DNA of 40,961 nt from an uncultured Thermoplasmata archaeon (GTDB taxonomy: Archaea > Thermoplasmatota > Thermoplasmata > CAZPOY01), in assembly GCA_964588345.1 (NCBI GenBank), contig CAZPOY010000002.1:1-40961 (forward strand). Reading direction: 5' to 3'. The notes below the pieces were generated by a model. The model saw only the letters and a program-made list of their open reading frames with translations, was not told the origin of the DNA and searched no databases. Positions 18,301 through 27,668 of the stretch are shown here, in pieces (within the stretch, counting starts at the first letter, position 1; every line of letters starts with the position of its first letter). A program made the position numbers and the translations under genes.

Positions 18301-19074
18301 TTAAATATTTTCAAGCCTTCCTGAAACCGCTCTGGTCTTTCGGCCAAACTCGTCCATCCCCTTAAGCTGCCTTCCCCTGAAGACCGGGCCATCCCTGCAC
18401 ACGAGCCGCCCGTTGACGGAACACGCATCACAAACGCCTGCTCCACACTTCATGTGCCTTTCAAGGGACGCTTGAACGTGAATGTTTTTCTTCAGGCATG
18501 CATCAACCACCTTCTTCATCATGACCTCGGGTCCGCAGGTTATGACGCGGGTGCATTGCCCGACCCTTTCTTCAAATATTTCCGTGCTAAAGCACTTTCT
18601 TCCGCAGGTCCCGTCATCGGTGGCTATCAAAACTTCAACTCCTGCTTTCTCGAACCGGTTGATAAAGAAGAGGAAACCCTCAGTCCGGGCTCCCAGAATT
18701 ACCGTGGCGCTTCCTTTCCCTACGGCTTCTTCCACGGCAGGTGCAATGGAAGCGATGCCCGTTCCTCCTGCAACGAAGGTTTCGCCCCCTTTTATCTCAT
18801 AGGTGTTCCCCAGTGGTCCCTTGACGCCGAGTTTGTCTCCGGGCGTTTTTCGGCTGAGAAGTTTCGTCCCTTCTCCCACGACCTTGAACGACACACCTTT
18901 CTTCTCCTCAACGTAGGAATACGACATGGGGACCTCTTCGCCCGTAGGGTCTATAATCATGGCAAATTGGCCGGGCCTTGCGGTATCTTCTTGAATGAAC
19001 CTAATGGTGAATACGTCGTCGCACTCCTTTTTCACCGATTCGACGGCGACGACCTTTACTTCAGCAATGGGCAA
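18301..19074 (-). CDS. pyrK: Dihydroorotate dehydrogenase 1B electron-transfer subunit PyrK
   Basis: It shows the FAD/NAD-binding reductase pattern (GQFAMI, GPLGN, GGTGIA) and the C-terminal CGAGVCDACSV 2Fe-2S motif. I prefer TTG 19074 as the start because GGAGGTG lies 7 nt upstream. The track start 19116 and ATG 19101 would overlap pyrD more deeply. Confidence 0.8.
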   Translation of the reverse strand: MPIAEVKVVAVESVKKECDDVFTIRFIQEDTARPGQFAMIIDPTGEEVPMSYSYVEEKKGVSFKVVGEGTKLLSRKTPGDKLGVKGPLGNTYEIKGGETFVAGGTGIASIAPAVEEAVGKGSATVILGARTEGFLFFINRFEKAGVEVLIATDDGTCGRKCFSTEIFEERVGQCTRVITCGPEVMMKKVVDACLKKNIHVQASLERHMKCGAGVCDACSVNGRLVCRDGPVFRGRQLKGMDEFGRKTRAVSGRLENI

Positions 19075-19969
19075 TGCCCACCACCTCCTCCGGGGAAGCA
19101 TGACCTTCCCTTTCAAGGAAACTCTTTAATTCCTCCGCGATGCGCAAGAAAGCCCCGGGCCTGTCTTCCTCGATTACCGAACCGATTTCCACGGCGGACG
19201 CTCCGGCCATCATGTATTCGGCAACGTCATTGCCCGCAGCAATGCCACCCACCCCGATAATGGGCATCTCCGTCTCTTCATAGACCTTCCAGACGGAATA
19301 AAGGGAAACGGGTTTTAGGGCAGGGCCCGCAACGCCTCCGAATTTCCTCGACAGAACGGCCTTTCCCAGCCCCACGTCTATGTGGACTCCGCGCATGGTG
19401 TTGCAGCAAACGAATCCAGATGCCCCGGACGATGCAAGTACGGAGGCGTAAGTTCCCGGGTCAGCAAGGTTGGGCGGAAGCTTGGGAAGCACCGGAATGT
19501 CAACGGCCCCGCTCGATTCAACCACTATCTTCCTGGTGAGGTCTTGGTCCTGGCTTATGACGTCGCCCACCCCCTCCTTGTTTGGACAGGAGATGTTCAA
19601 CTCGATAAAACGCGCACCATATTCCTCCATCTTCCCGCACAAATGGGCAAAATCCCGGGGGTTGTCAGCGAAAACTGACCCTCCAAACGGGACATTGTTC
19701 TCCCTGAGAAAACTTAGTTCATTGACATATTCGTCGATGCCGGGATTGGGTAGCCCCATGCAGTTTAGCGTGTAATGAGACGTTGAAAGGTAAACGGGGT
19801 TGGGATTCCCCTTCTGTTCCTCCTTGCCTACCGATTTTGTGACGACGCAACCGGCTCCGGCTTTGTGACATCGAACCAGGGTAGGACCCGTCTCTCCGAG
19901 TATTCCCGATGCCAGAAAAACGGGGTTCGCGTATTTTTTTCCCAAAAACAGGATGCCAATGTCAGCCAT
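19061..19969 (-). CDS. pyrD: Dihydroorotate dehydrogenase 1B catalytic subunit PyrD
   Basis: It has a GILGETG-type N-terminus and ELNISCPN (active-site Cys), with the GVGGI FMN-binding end of the TIM barrel. It lies immediately upstream of pyrK and overlaps it. Confidence 0.9.
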   Translation of the reverse strand: MADIGILFLGKKYANPVFLASGILGETGPTLVRCHKAGAGCVVTKSVGKEEQKGNPNPVYLSTSHYTLNCMGLPNPGIDEYVNELSFLRENNVPFGGSVFADNPRDFAHLCGKMEEYGARFIELNISCPNKEGVGDVISQDQDLTRKIVVESSGAVDIPVLPKLPPNLADPGTYASVLASSGASGFVCCNTMRGVHIDVGLGKAVLSRKFGGVAGPALKPVSLYSVWKVYEETEMPIIGVGGIAAGNDVAEYMMAGASAVEIGSVIEEDRPGAFLRIAEELKSFLEREGHASPEEVVGIAHC

Positions 19970-20051
19970 TGGTGCTTCAAGGAAAAGGGTGCAATTATAG
20001 TTTTTGCTTTGCTGGCCCCGGCTTGTAAAACAAACTTCAACTAGGCTCGTT

Positions 20052-20681
20052 TCAATCGCTGACTATCACGATGGAATTTATGACCACGTCATTGACAGGC
20101 CAATCCGCCATGCCCGTATCGGGGTTGGTCTGGGTCTGCACCGCTGAGATGTCCCTCACAACGTCCATTCCATCGACGACGTATCCGAATACGGCATAAT
20201 TGCCGTCAAGGGAATTCTGGGCGCCGTCGCAGATGAAGAACTGGCAAGTGCCCCCTTCCTGGGCTGCCGTGCTTGCCATGGATATGGCTCCATCTTCATG
20301 GGTGAGGTCCGGGTGGCTTTCAAAGGGGACCTGTTCCGACGTTACCTGCTCTCCGTTAGGGGTAAAACCGCCCCCCTGAATCATGAATCCGTCGATTACC
20401 CGATGGAACACAAGCCCATCATAAAAACCGTCATTGGCAAGTTCCTTGAAGTTGGCCACCGTTTCAGGGGCCTTGTCCTCGGCCAGTTCTACCTTCATGT
20501 TGCCGTAGTTGGTTCTGATGAGTGCATAGGAGCCGGTTCCCGTCCCGGCATTTTCTCCGCCGTTGGCATCATCATCGTCGTCCATCACGCGGTAAATGCC
20601 GTAACCGATGGCCAATACGCATGCTGCCACTACGAATATCACTATGAATTTGCTGAGGTTTTCGCTTTCCATGTCTTTCAT
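20052..20681 (-). CDS. Membrane-anchored cyclophilin-type peptidyl-prolyl isomerase
   Basis: FHRVIDGFMIQGGGF and the SMA...QFFI pattern match cyclophilins. There is an N-terminal helix, FIVIFVVAACVLAIGYGIY. The start ATG 20681 overlaps the cupin stop (ATGA). The track extension to 20780 was dropped. Confidence 0.85.
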   Translation of the reverse strand: MKDMESENLSKFIVIFVVAACVLAIGYGIYRVMDDDDDANGGENAGTGTGSYALIRTNYGNMKVELAEDKAPETVANFKELANDGFYDGLVFHRVIDGFMIQGGGFTPNGEQVTSEQVPFESHPDLTHEDGAISMASTAAQEGGTCQFFICDGAQNSLDGNYAVFGYVVDGMDVVRDISAVQTQTNPDTGMADWPVNDVVINSIVIVSD

Positions 20682-21022
20682 TTCTCCTTGTTGGGTATCA
20701 GGCAGATGAATCGAAACGTCACATCGCCGTGATTGATGAACTGGTGCTTCTCGTTGGCCGGGATGAATGCGAAATCCCACGGCTTCAAGGGAGTCTTCTT
20801 CCCTTCTTCAACAAGAAATCCTTTGCCCTCCAGTACGTATATCTCGTGTTCCCAATCGTGGGCGTGGAAGGGCGTGTTGCCTCCAGGAGCGATGTCGAAC
20901 AAGCGCATGAAGAAATTCTCAGCCCCCAACTTTTCGTCGATGAGCCATCTTATTTTCACATTCTCCGCAGGAGAATCCACCGTTTCGGCTTTGACCGAGT
21001 CGTAATGCTTTACCGTGGCCAT
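20678..21022 (-). CDS. Cupin domain protein
   Basis: GGNTPFHAHDWEHEIYVLEGKG resembles cupin motif 1. The size (114 aa) and beta-rich pattern are typical of the family. Confidence 0.7.
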   Translation of the reverse strand: MATVKHYDSVKAETVDSPAENVKIRWLIDEKLGAENFFMRLFDIAPGGNTPFHAHDWEHEIYVLEGKGFLVEEGKKTPLKPWDFAFIPANEKHQFINHGDVTFRFICLIPNKEK

Positions 21023-21051
21023 GCGAGTAATAAATGGACAAGATATAAAAA

Positions 21052-21100
21052 AATGAAGGAAAAAAATAAGGAAAAAAAAAAAGAAAAAGAGAGGAAAGGA
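21052..21100 (-). terminator. Long oligo-T/pyrimidine tract downstream of the thermosome gene
   Basis: The minus strand reads TCCTTTCCTCTCTTTTTCTTTTTTTTTTTTCCTTATTTTTTTCCTTCATTTTTTT directly after the TAA at 21103-21105. A TTTTTATATC TATA-like box follows, about 20-27 nt upstream of the cupin ATG. Confidence 0.45.
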
Positions 21101-21102
21101 CT

Positions 21103-22767
21103 TTAGTAGTCCATTCCGCCCATGCCCGGTGGCATTCCACCAGGTCCGCCTGGCATTCCACCGGCTCCGCCCGGTGCTCCGCCTCCGCCCTGTTTCGAGG
21201 CGATGACGTCGTCGATTCTTAGAATCATCGATGCCACTTCCGTAGCGGAATTGACCGCCTGCTTCTTGACCCTAAAAGGCTCGATTATCTTGGAGACGGA
21301 CATGTCCGTTGACTTACCCGAAGTGATGTCGATGCCGATGTTCCTATTGGGTGTGGCTCCTTCGTGCTTCGACTTCAGCTCAATCAGCGTGTCGATGGCG
21401 TCGAAACCGGCGTTTTCAGCGATGGTCCACGGAACGACTTCCATGGCGTGGGCAAAGGCCTCAATGGCCAACTGCTCCCTTCCACCAACGCTTGCAGCAT
21501 AATCTCCGAGTCTCAGAGCGACTTCGATTTCAGGTGCTCCTCCGCCGGGCAGGGCCGCGGCGTCCTCGATGGCTACTGCAGTGACCTTCAGGGCGTCGTG
21601 AAGTGCTCTGTCCAGTTCCTCGATGACGTGTTCGGTTCCGCCCCTTATGAGTACGGAAACGGCCTTGGCGTCCTTGCATTCGGTAACAAAGGTCATGTCG
21701 TCGTCGCCGACCTTCTTGGAGAATACTTTACCTGCAAAGCCCAGGTCAGCCGGGTCTATCTCCTTGATGTTGGTGATGACCTTGCCGCCGGTGGCCTTGG
21801 CGAGTTTCTTCATGTCCGATTTTGAAACCCTGCGTATGGCGAATATGTTCTCCTTTGAGAAGAAGTGCTGAACCAGGTCGTCAATGCCTTTCTGGCAGAA
21901 TACGACGTTGGCTCCCGACTTCTTTACTTCTTCGACCATGCCCTTGAGGGATTCTTCTTCCTGGTCAAGGAACTTCTGCATCTGGGTCGGGTCGGTAATC
22001 TCGATCTTTGCATCGACTTCCGTCTTTTTTATCTCAAGAGCGGAATCTATCAATGCGATCTTGGCATCCTTTATGGTATCGGGCATCCTGGGATGGACCT
22101 TTTCCTTGTCGAGGATTATTCCTTCAATCATTGTCGTGTCTTCGGCAGACCCGCCGTGCTTCTTCTCGACCTTGATGTTGTTGATGTCCACGACATATCC
22201 GTCTTCTTCTTCATTGGCGACGGCTTTTACGGCTTTTACGGCGATGTCAGCGAGTAGGTTCATGCTTGAACCAACGCTCTTGCCCGTCATGGCGGTCTTG
22301 GCGATGTCCTTGAGAGTGTCTTCGTCGTTGATGTCAACCTTGGTGGACATATCCATCATTATCTCCACGGCTCTCTTGGCCGCCATGGAGAATCCGTTGG
22401 TGATGACCGTCGGGTGGACGTTCTGGTCCACAAGGTCTTCGGCTCTCTTGAGAAGTTCTCCGGCGATGACTACTGCCGTAGTCGTTCCGTCGCCGCATTC
22501 GTCGTCCTGGGTCTTGGCTACTTCAACAACCATCTTGGCTGCGGGATGTTCGATGTCGATTTCCTTGAGTATCGTAACACCGTCGTTCGTGATGACGACG
22601 TCCCCCATGGAATCTACTAGCATCTTGTCCATTCCCTTTGGTCCCAGAGTGGACCTCACCGCGTCGGCTATGGCCTTGGCGGCGGCGATGTTGTTGGATT
22701 GGGCGGATTTGCCCCTGCTTCTTTCTGTTCCTTCTTTTAATATCAGTATCGGTTGTCCAGACATCAT
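21103..22767 (-). CDS. ths: Thermosome subunit (group II chaperonin)
   Basis: [27 protein letters not shown] and a GGM-rich C-terminal tail are all present. The start is ATG 22767 ([13 protein letters not shown]) with GGAGG 7 nt upstream. The track extension to 22896 was dropped. Confidence 0.95.
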   Translation of the reverse strand: MMSGQPILILKEGTERSRGKSAQSNNIAAAKAIADAVRSTLGPKGMDKMLVDSMGDVVITNDGVTILKEIDIEHPAAKMVVEVAKTQDDECGDGTTTAVVIAGELLKRAEDLVDQNVHPTVITNGFSMAAKRAVEIMMDMSTKVDINDEDTLKDIAKTAMTGKSVGSSMNLLADIAVKAVKAVANEEEDGYVVDINNIKVEKKHGGSAEDTTMIEGIILDKEKVHPRMPDTIKDAKIALIDSALEIKKTEVDAKIEITDPTQMQKFLDQEEESLKGMVEEVKKSGANVVFCQKGIDDLVQHFFSKENIFAIRRVSKSDMKKLAKATGGKVITNIKEIDPADLGFAGKVFSKKVGDDDMTFVTECKDAKAVSVLIRGGTEHVIEELDRALHDALKVTAVAIEDAAALPGGGAPEIEVALRLGDYAASVGGREQLAIEAFAHAMEVVPWTIAENAGFDAIDTLIELKSKHEGATPNRNIGIDITSGKSTDMSVSKIIEPFRVKKQAVNSATEVASMILRIDDVIASKQGGGGAPGGAGGMPGGPGGMPPGMGGMDY

Positions 22768-22881
22768 ATCAATGCCTCCTTTGTTAAGTTCGGGTAAATT
22801 AGAGGTTCTATATAATACCTTCGGTTTAGTCCGCCCCAAAATAGTATTATATCCCCAATCATTATCTTTATTCGTGGTGAA
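22768..22881. promoter_or_regulatory. Divergent promoter region between the thermosome and proteasome-like genes
   Basis: TATA-like boxes occur on both strands: GTATTATATAGA on the minus strand at about 22808-22819, and ATAGTATTATATCC on the plus strand at about 22841-22854. Confidence 0.4.
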
Positions 22882-23691
22882 ATGACACTCGTTCAAGCTT
22901 CCATTGCAGATGGTGGAAATAGCGTAATACTGCTAGCAGACAGGTTGTGGACAAGGCACATGGGCTCTGATTTTGCCGAATACGGTTTCGAGGCGCGCAT
23001 GCCCAAAGTAAGGCGGTTTGGCAAGGTTGGAGTGGGTTTTGCCGGCAACGCCAACTATGCAGACTCGGCCTTCTCGATGATATCCAAAGAAATGGACCTT
23101 GACGACGTGGTCCCTCTGATCTCGCAATACATCCGAGAAGAGTGGGAGAAGATTGTTGACCGGTTCATTCACGAGCATACGGGGATGGAAGCAAATGAGT
23201 TTTTCAAACTGAAGAATGATACCATCATTCCCGAGGACATCATAACCCTCATATACGGATACCTGGCTGACCTGGAGATAAGTTTCAATAGCATAGTGAC
23301 GGGGTTCGACAAAAACGATAAAGCCCGAATCGTGGTCATTTCAGGCAACGGCGAGGTGATGGATGCGACCTTTGCAGGTTCCTATTCGATAGGCGAGGGA
23401 GGCGATTTCTCGATAATTTATTTCGACCAGAAAGGGTACAACGTCGTTGAATATTCAGAAGCCGAAGCCGTTTATTTCGCCTTCGAAGCCAAGAAATGGG
23501 CTGAAGCACCCACCAGCGTTGGAAGGAAGACGGATGTCATAATCCTGAGGAAAGACGGGACGCACCGCGTCATTGAAGAAGAGTCGGACATCATGAAGTT
23601 CCTCTGCAACACGTACAATCAGGAAAGGGACATGATTAAAAAACATCGCAAGGAGACCTGCAAGGAATTCGAAAAAATGTGCGTGGGATGA
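22882..23691 (+). CDS. Orphan proteasome-beta-like (T1 family / Ntn hydrolase) protein with no propeptide
   Basis: [21 protein letters not shown] aligns by eye to the proteasome beta N-terminus (TTxxxxxxDGxVxLAADxR). Later matches are PKV...[12 protein letters not shown] (cf. K33 and GxAGxxAD), SIGEGGDF (cf. AIGSG) and [14 protein letters not shown] (cf. SGGxxxVxxIxKDG). Thr immediately follows the initiator Met. Confidence 0.6.
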   Translation: MTLVQASIADGGNSVILLADRLWTRHMGSDFAEYGFEARMPKVRRFGKVGVGFAGNANYADSAFSMISKEMDLDDVVPLISQYIREEWEKIVDRFIHEHTGMEANEFFKLKNDTIIPEDIITLIYGYLADLEISFNSIVTGFDKNDKARIVVISGNGEVMDATFAGSYSIGEGGDFSIIYFDQKGYNVVEYSEAEAVYFAFEAKKWAEAPTSVGRKTDVIILRKDGTHRVIEEESDIMKFLCNTYNQERDMIKKHRKETCKEFEKMCVG

Positions 23692-23773
23692 AATTCTCAC
23701 CTTTATCAAAGGAAATAATCAAGTCCAATATCCAGATTAAAAGGTACATAAGCGGCACCGTTGATTATGTAAC

Positions 23774-24256
23774 ATGAACCCCGAAGAAAAAGACATATTG
23801 CAATACTTGGACAAAAGCTCATGGACCTTTCTTGACCAAATCGTTTACAAATTCTCGCATCTTGGCATGGACGGAATAAAGAAAACCTTGGATAAGCTCG
23901 AGAAGAAATCGTTGGTGAAATTTTCCGAAAGGACGTCAACCATCGACATCACGGCCAAAGGGGCATCCGTCATCCGAAAGAACGAGAAGGTGCGGGAACG
24001 AATCGTAGAATTGCTCTCGAACAGATGGCCCCCCGCAATGACCGTGGAGGACTTGACCCAAGAGCTTGACCTGGACGCAAACAACGTTCATCGGGAAGCA
24101 CAGATTCTGGACATGGAAAGAAGGGTCATCTACCAGCAATCAACGACAAAGAGGGAAAATAATCTCCTTCATTTGGGCCCCGTTTCTGAAAAACCTCAAA
24201 AGGTGAAAACGTCCGTAAAAGACCTCTTTCACCTAACTTCGCACATCCGCGTATGA
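23774..24256 (+). CDS. Winged-helix DNA-binding protein, apparently two wHTH-like modules
   Basis: ILQYLDKSSWTFLDQIVYKF...GIKKTLDKLEKKSLVKF and IVELLSNRWPPAMTVEDLTQELDLDANNVHREAQILDMERRVIY both fit a helix-turn-helix-wing pattern. The assignment is tentative. Confidence 0.45.
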   Translation: MNPEEKDILQYLDKSSWTFLDQIVYKFSHLGMDGIKKTLDKLEKKSLVKFSERTSTIDITAKGASVIRKNEKVRERIVELLSNRWPPAMTVEDLTQELDLDANNVHREAQILDMERRVIYQQSTTKRENNLLHLGPVSEKPQKVKTSVKDLFHLTSHIRV

Positions 24257-24426
24257 CGGGGTTCCTGGCAAACCGGAGAAGTTGAAGGACGTTTGACGCA
24301 CTGCCAGACCTTGAGGACCACATTTAGCATTGGTTGGAGAGAGAACCTTTGCTTCCATATCAGGCGGGCAGGGCCTTCATCGGGCAAAGAAAAACCTTTT
24401 AACCATCATCCCGAGTTCTCATCCCG

Positions 24427-27420
24427 ATGCCTCACGAAGAGGAAGAGATCTGCCGCATCGACCATGATTCGGAACTCATTACGAGATTTCACGACTATCA
24501 AGACCTGATGCGTTTCCGAGTCAGCGACGTTCTCCTCGTTTCGAGTCTCTACGATGCCTTCATCCTTGAGGAGGACGGCGGTCTTTCCGAACAGATATAC
24601 GGGAAATACAAAGACCTGGACCTCTCTTCTCCTCCACGCATAAACCGCGTTTCAACGAGCAAAGAGGCATTCGAAGAAATAAGCAAACGTCATTACGACC
24701 TTGTCATCACAATGTCCCGGATTAGCGATTCGGACCCCTTTGAATTCGGCAAAAAGGTCAAGGAGATGGCCCCGGGAACGCCGGTTGTACTTCTTGCCAC
24801 GGATGCGTCTGACCTGCGACACGTATATGAACCGGGCAGCAAGAACGGCATCGACAAGACATTCTTCTGGACCGGTGATTCGACCCTCTTTCTGGCCATC
24901 ATCAAATACATCGAGGACAAGCAGAACATCCAACTGGACACGCGCAAAGCCATGGTGAGGGTCATACTCGTCATCGAGGACTCGCCCCGCTATTATTCGA
25001 TGTTCCTTCCCATCATCTATACAGAAATAATGAACCAGACCCAGCAATTGATATCCGAAGGATTGAACGAGCATGAAAAATTGTTGCGCAGACGGGCCAG
25101 GCCCAAGATTGTCCTTGCTGAGACGTTGGCAGAAGCAAGGAGCAAGTTCGAAAAGTACAGGGAATACGTCATGGGCGTCATCACCGACATCCATTATCCC
25201 AAGGGCAAAGGCGGAGACAAGTTGGACGAGGCAGGTTTCGACTTCATCGAATCCATCGACAAGGAAATTCCCGTTTTGTTGCAATCCTCCATGAACGAAT
25301 ATAGAGAGAAGGCGGAGGAACTGGGGATACCCTTCATCAACAAGAACTCGGAAAGAATCGGACATCATCTCAAAACCTTCTTCAACGAGAATCTTGGCTT
25401 CGGCGATTTCATCTTCAGGATGGAGGACGGGCGCGGAGTGGGAAGGGCCAGAGACATGAAGGATTTCGAGGATGTGATATTCAACATCCCCCTGGAATCA
25501 CTCCGCTTCCACGGTGAAAAAAATCACTTCAGCAACTGGCTCAACGCCCGGGGCGAGTTTAAACTGGCCAACCGCCTCCGGTCGAAAAAGGTGAGCGATT
25601 TCACGGACGAAGCCGAGATGCGGGATTTCCTAGCCGACATCCTCAGGCAGACCCGACGGGAAAAGCACGTAGGCATCATCACGGATTTCGGCCAGCAGAT
25701 GTTCGAATTTGAAGAGACTTTTACCAAATTCAGTTCCGGGTCCCTTGGAGGCAAAGGTCGGGGCATCGCATTTCTTTCCGACATCATGCACAAGTCCAAT
25801 GTCAAGGAGAGATTTCCCAATTGCCACATCAAGGTCCCTGAAACCCTCGTGCTGGCGACGGACGAGTTCGACCGCTTCATCAATGAGAACGAACTGAGCA
25901 ACCTTCTGGAGGAAACGATTGAGGACGGAAAGCTCCGTGAGAAATTCATACGGTGCACCCTCTCGGAAGAACTCCAAGAATCCCTTCGACGTTATCTTCA
26001 GCACGTCAATGAGCCCCTCGCCGTCCGGTCCTCAAGTCTGCTGGAAGATTCCCAGAACCAGCCCTTTGCAGGCATCTATTCCACCTACATACTGCCCAAC
26101 AACCACCCGGACCCCAAGGTCAGGCATAAGCAATTGTCCGACGCCGTCAAACTCGTTTATTCCTCAGTATATCAGAAGGACGCCAAGTCGTACATACAAA
26201 CGACGCTCCACAAAAGCGAAGAGGAGAAGATGGCCGTGGTCATACAGAAGCTTGTGGGCAACCGATGGGGGAGGTATTTTTACCCCGTCTTCTCCGGCGT
26301 GGGGCAGTCATTCAATTTCTATCCGGTCAAACCTCTAAAACGCGAAGAAGGCATCGTGAGCGTCGCCCTGGGCATGGGAAAGATAGTCGTTGAAGGCGGC
26401 AAGGTCCTCAGCTTCAGCCCCAGGCACCCAAAGGTCATTCCAGGTTTTTCCAGCACGAAAGACATTCTCGAAAACTCCCAGAAACATTTCTTCGCCCTGG
26501 ACATGGAGAAGAAGGATTTTGACCTTACCGAAGGCGAGGACGTAACACTTGCCCAACTCAACATAGACATGGCTGACAAAGACGGAAACCTGGACCTTCT
26601 GGCAAGCACCTACGACCCACAGGACGACAAGATAAGAGATACCTCCCAGGGCAAGGGAGCCAAGATAATCACCTTTGCCGGCATACTCAAGCACGAACAG
26701 TTCCCCCTTCCCAAATTGATAGAGAACGTGCTCATCATCGGAGAAGAAGGCATGGGTTCCCCCGTGGAAATCGAATTCGCCGCAAGAATGGTCGAAACGG
26801 GCCACCCCGAACTCTACATCGTGCAGATACGGCCTTTGGTAACCATGAAGGAGCACAACAATGTTTCCGTGAGGGACGAGGACCGGAACTTGGCTTTCGT
26901 ATACACTAACAAAGCCCTGGGGAACGGCATCAACGATTCCATCCGAGACATCATCTACGTACCTCCGGAAAAATTCGACAGGACCGATACGCTGACCATC
27001 GCTGAAGAGATAGGTGAGTTGAACCAGGCATTGGGCGCTGAACCGTTCCTTCTCATAGGGCCGGGAAGATGGGGGACCAACGACAGGCATCTGGGAATTC
27101 CGGTCCGGTGGAATCAGATATCTGGCGCTTCGATGATCGTCGAGGTTTCGCTGAAAGACTTCCGCATCGACCCGTCACATGGGAGCCACTTCTTCCACAA
27201 CATGACCTCACTTGGAATACCATATTTCACCGTTCCCTATGGCGAAGACAAATCATTCGTGGATTGGGAATGGCTCAATTCCATGAAACCGGCCCATTCA
27301 ACAAGATACTGCCACCACCTGAGGTTGAAAATGCCCGTGGTTGGCAAGGTTAACGGCAAGGAGGGGGTGGGAGTCATCTTGAGAAGTGACGTGAATGACG
27401 ACACCGCCGATGATGAGTAA
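24427..27420 (+). CDS. PEP/pyruvate-binding (PPDK N-terminal ATP-grasp-like) protein with two N-terminal receiver-like modules
   Basis: GSLGGKGRGIAFL and LAVRSSSLLEDSQNQPFAGIYSTY are typical of the PEP synthase/PPDK nucleotide-binding domain. The N-terminus has VLLVSS...DLVITMS and ILVIEDS...GVITDIHYP...VLLQSS, which look like CheY-fold strands. Confidence 0.7.
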   Translation: MPHEEEEICRIDHDSELITRFHDYQDLMRFRVSDVLLVSSLYDAFILEEDGGLSEQIYGKYKDLDLSSPPRINRVSTSKEAFEEISKRHYDLVITMSRISDSDPFEFGKKVKEMAPGTPVVLLATDASDLRHVYEPGSKNGIDKTFFWTGDSTLFLAIIKYIEDKQNIQLDTRKAMVRVILVIEDSPRYYSMFLPIIYTEIMNQTQQLISEGLNEHEKLLRRRARPKIVLAETLAEARSKFEKYREYVMGVITDIHYPKGKGGDKLDEAGFDFIESIDKEIPVLLQSSMNEYREKAEELGIPFINKNSERIGHHLKTFFNENLGFGDFIFRMEDGRGVGRARDMKDFEDVIFNIPLESLRFHGEKNHFSNWLNARGEFKLANRLRSKKVSDFTDEAEMRDFLADILRQTRREKHVGIITDFGQQMFEFEETFTKFSSGSLGGKGRGIAFLSDIMHKSNVKERFPNCHIKVPETLVLATDEFDRFINENELSNLLEETIEDGKLREKFIRCTLSEELQESLRRYLQHVNEPLAVRSSSLLEDSQNQPFAGIYSTYILPNNHPDPKVRHKQLSDAVKLVYSSVYQKDAKSYIQTTLHKSEEEKMAVVIQKLVGNRWGRYFYPVFSGVGQSFNFYPVKPLKREEGIVSVALGMGKIVVEGGKVLSFSPRHPKVIPGFSSTKDILENSQKHFFALDMEKKDFDLTEGEDVTLAQLNIDMADKDGNLDLLASTYDPQDDKIRDTSQGKGAKIITFAGILKHEQFPLPKLIENVLIIGEEGMGSPVEIEFAARMVETGHPELYIVQIRPLVTMKEHNNVSVRDEDRNLAFVYTNKALGNGINDSIRDIIYVPPEKFDRTDTLTIAEEIGELNQALGAEPFLLIGPGRWGTNDRHLGIPVRWNQISGASMIVEVSLKDFRIDPSHGSHFFHNMTSLGIPYFTVPYGEDKSFVDWEWLNSMKPAHSTRYCHHLRLKMPVVGKVNGKEGVGVILRSDVNDDTADDE

Positions 27421-27446
27421 GTTAAATAACGGTTGATTCTTATCCA

Positions 27447-27653
27447 ATGGTTGATATCATGAAGGACAAGGATGTTTATCATTGCAAGGAATGTGACAAG
27501 ATAATCGACACATCGGAAACCGAGGTCCCACCCCAGTGCTGCGGACACGAAATGGAGAAGGTCCCCTTGAGTGTATGCCGGAAGGATCAGGCATGGGCCG
27601 AACACTCCCGACCCATGGAAGAAGAAAAACCCTGCGACGATTCAAGGGCCTGA
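27447..27653 (+). CDS. Small desulforedoxin-like metal-binding protein
   Basis: VYHCKECDKI...PPQCCGHEM has CxxC plus adjacent CC, as in desulforedoxin and the desulfoferrodoxin N-terminal domain. Two further Cys residues sit in the C-terminal tail. Confidence 0.5.
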   Translation: MVDIMKDKDVYHCKECDKIIDTSETEVPPQCCGHEMEKVPLSVCRKDQAWAEHSRPMEEEKPCDDSRA

Positions 27654-27668
27654 AGGAAAGGGCGTTTC

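Noticed and set aside
18454-19260. A 268-aa plus-strand ORF spanning pyrK and pyrD.
   Set aside because: It is antisense to two well-supported genes and crosses their junction. It has no motifs and a Pro/Arg-rich tail.
21884-22885. A 333-aa plus-strand ORF, plus several shorter ones, opposite the thermosome gene.
   Set aside because: They are antisense to a highly conserved chaperonin. The product is Ser/Leu/Met-rich with no motifs. This is a classic shadow ORF of a GC-balanced gene.
22768-22896. The N-terminal 43-44 codon extension of the thermosome track ORF.
   Set aside because: Conserved thermosome sequence starts at [13 protein letters not shown], with GGAGG 7 nt upstream of ATG 22767. 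The extension would also run over the start of the divergent gene.
24652-27090. Minus-strand ORFs of 238 aa (24652..25368) and 251 aa (26335..27090).
   Set aside because: They are antisense to the 997-aa PEP/pyruvate-binding gene, which has clear family motifs. No signatures of their own are visible.
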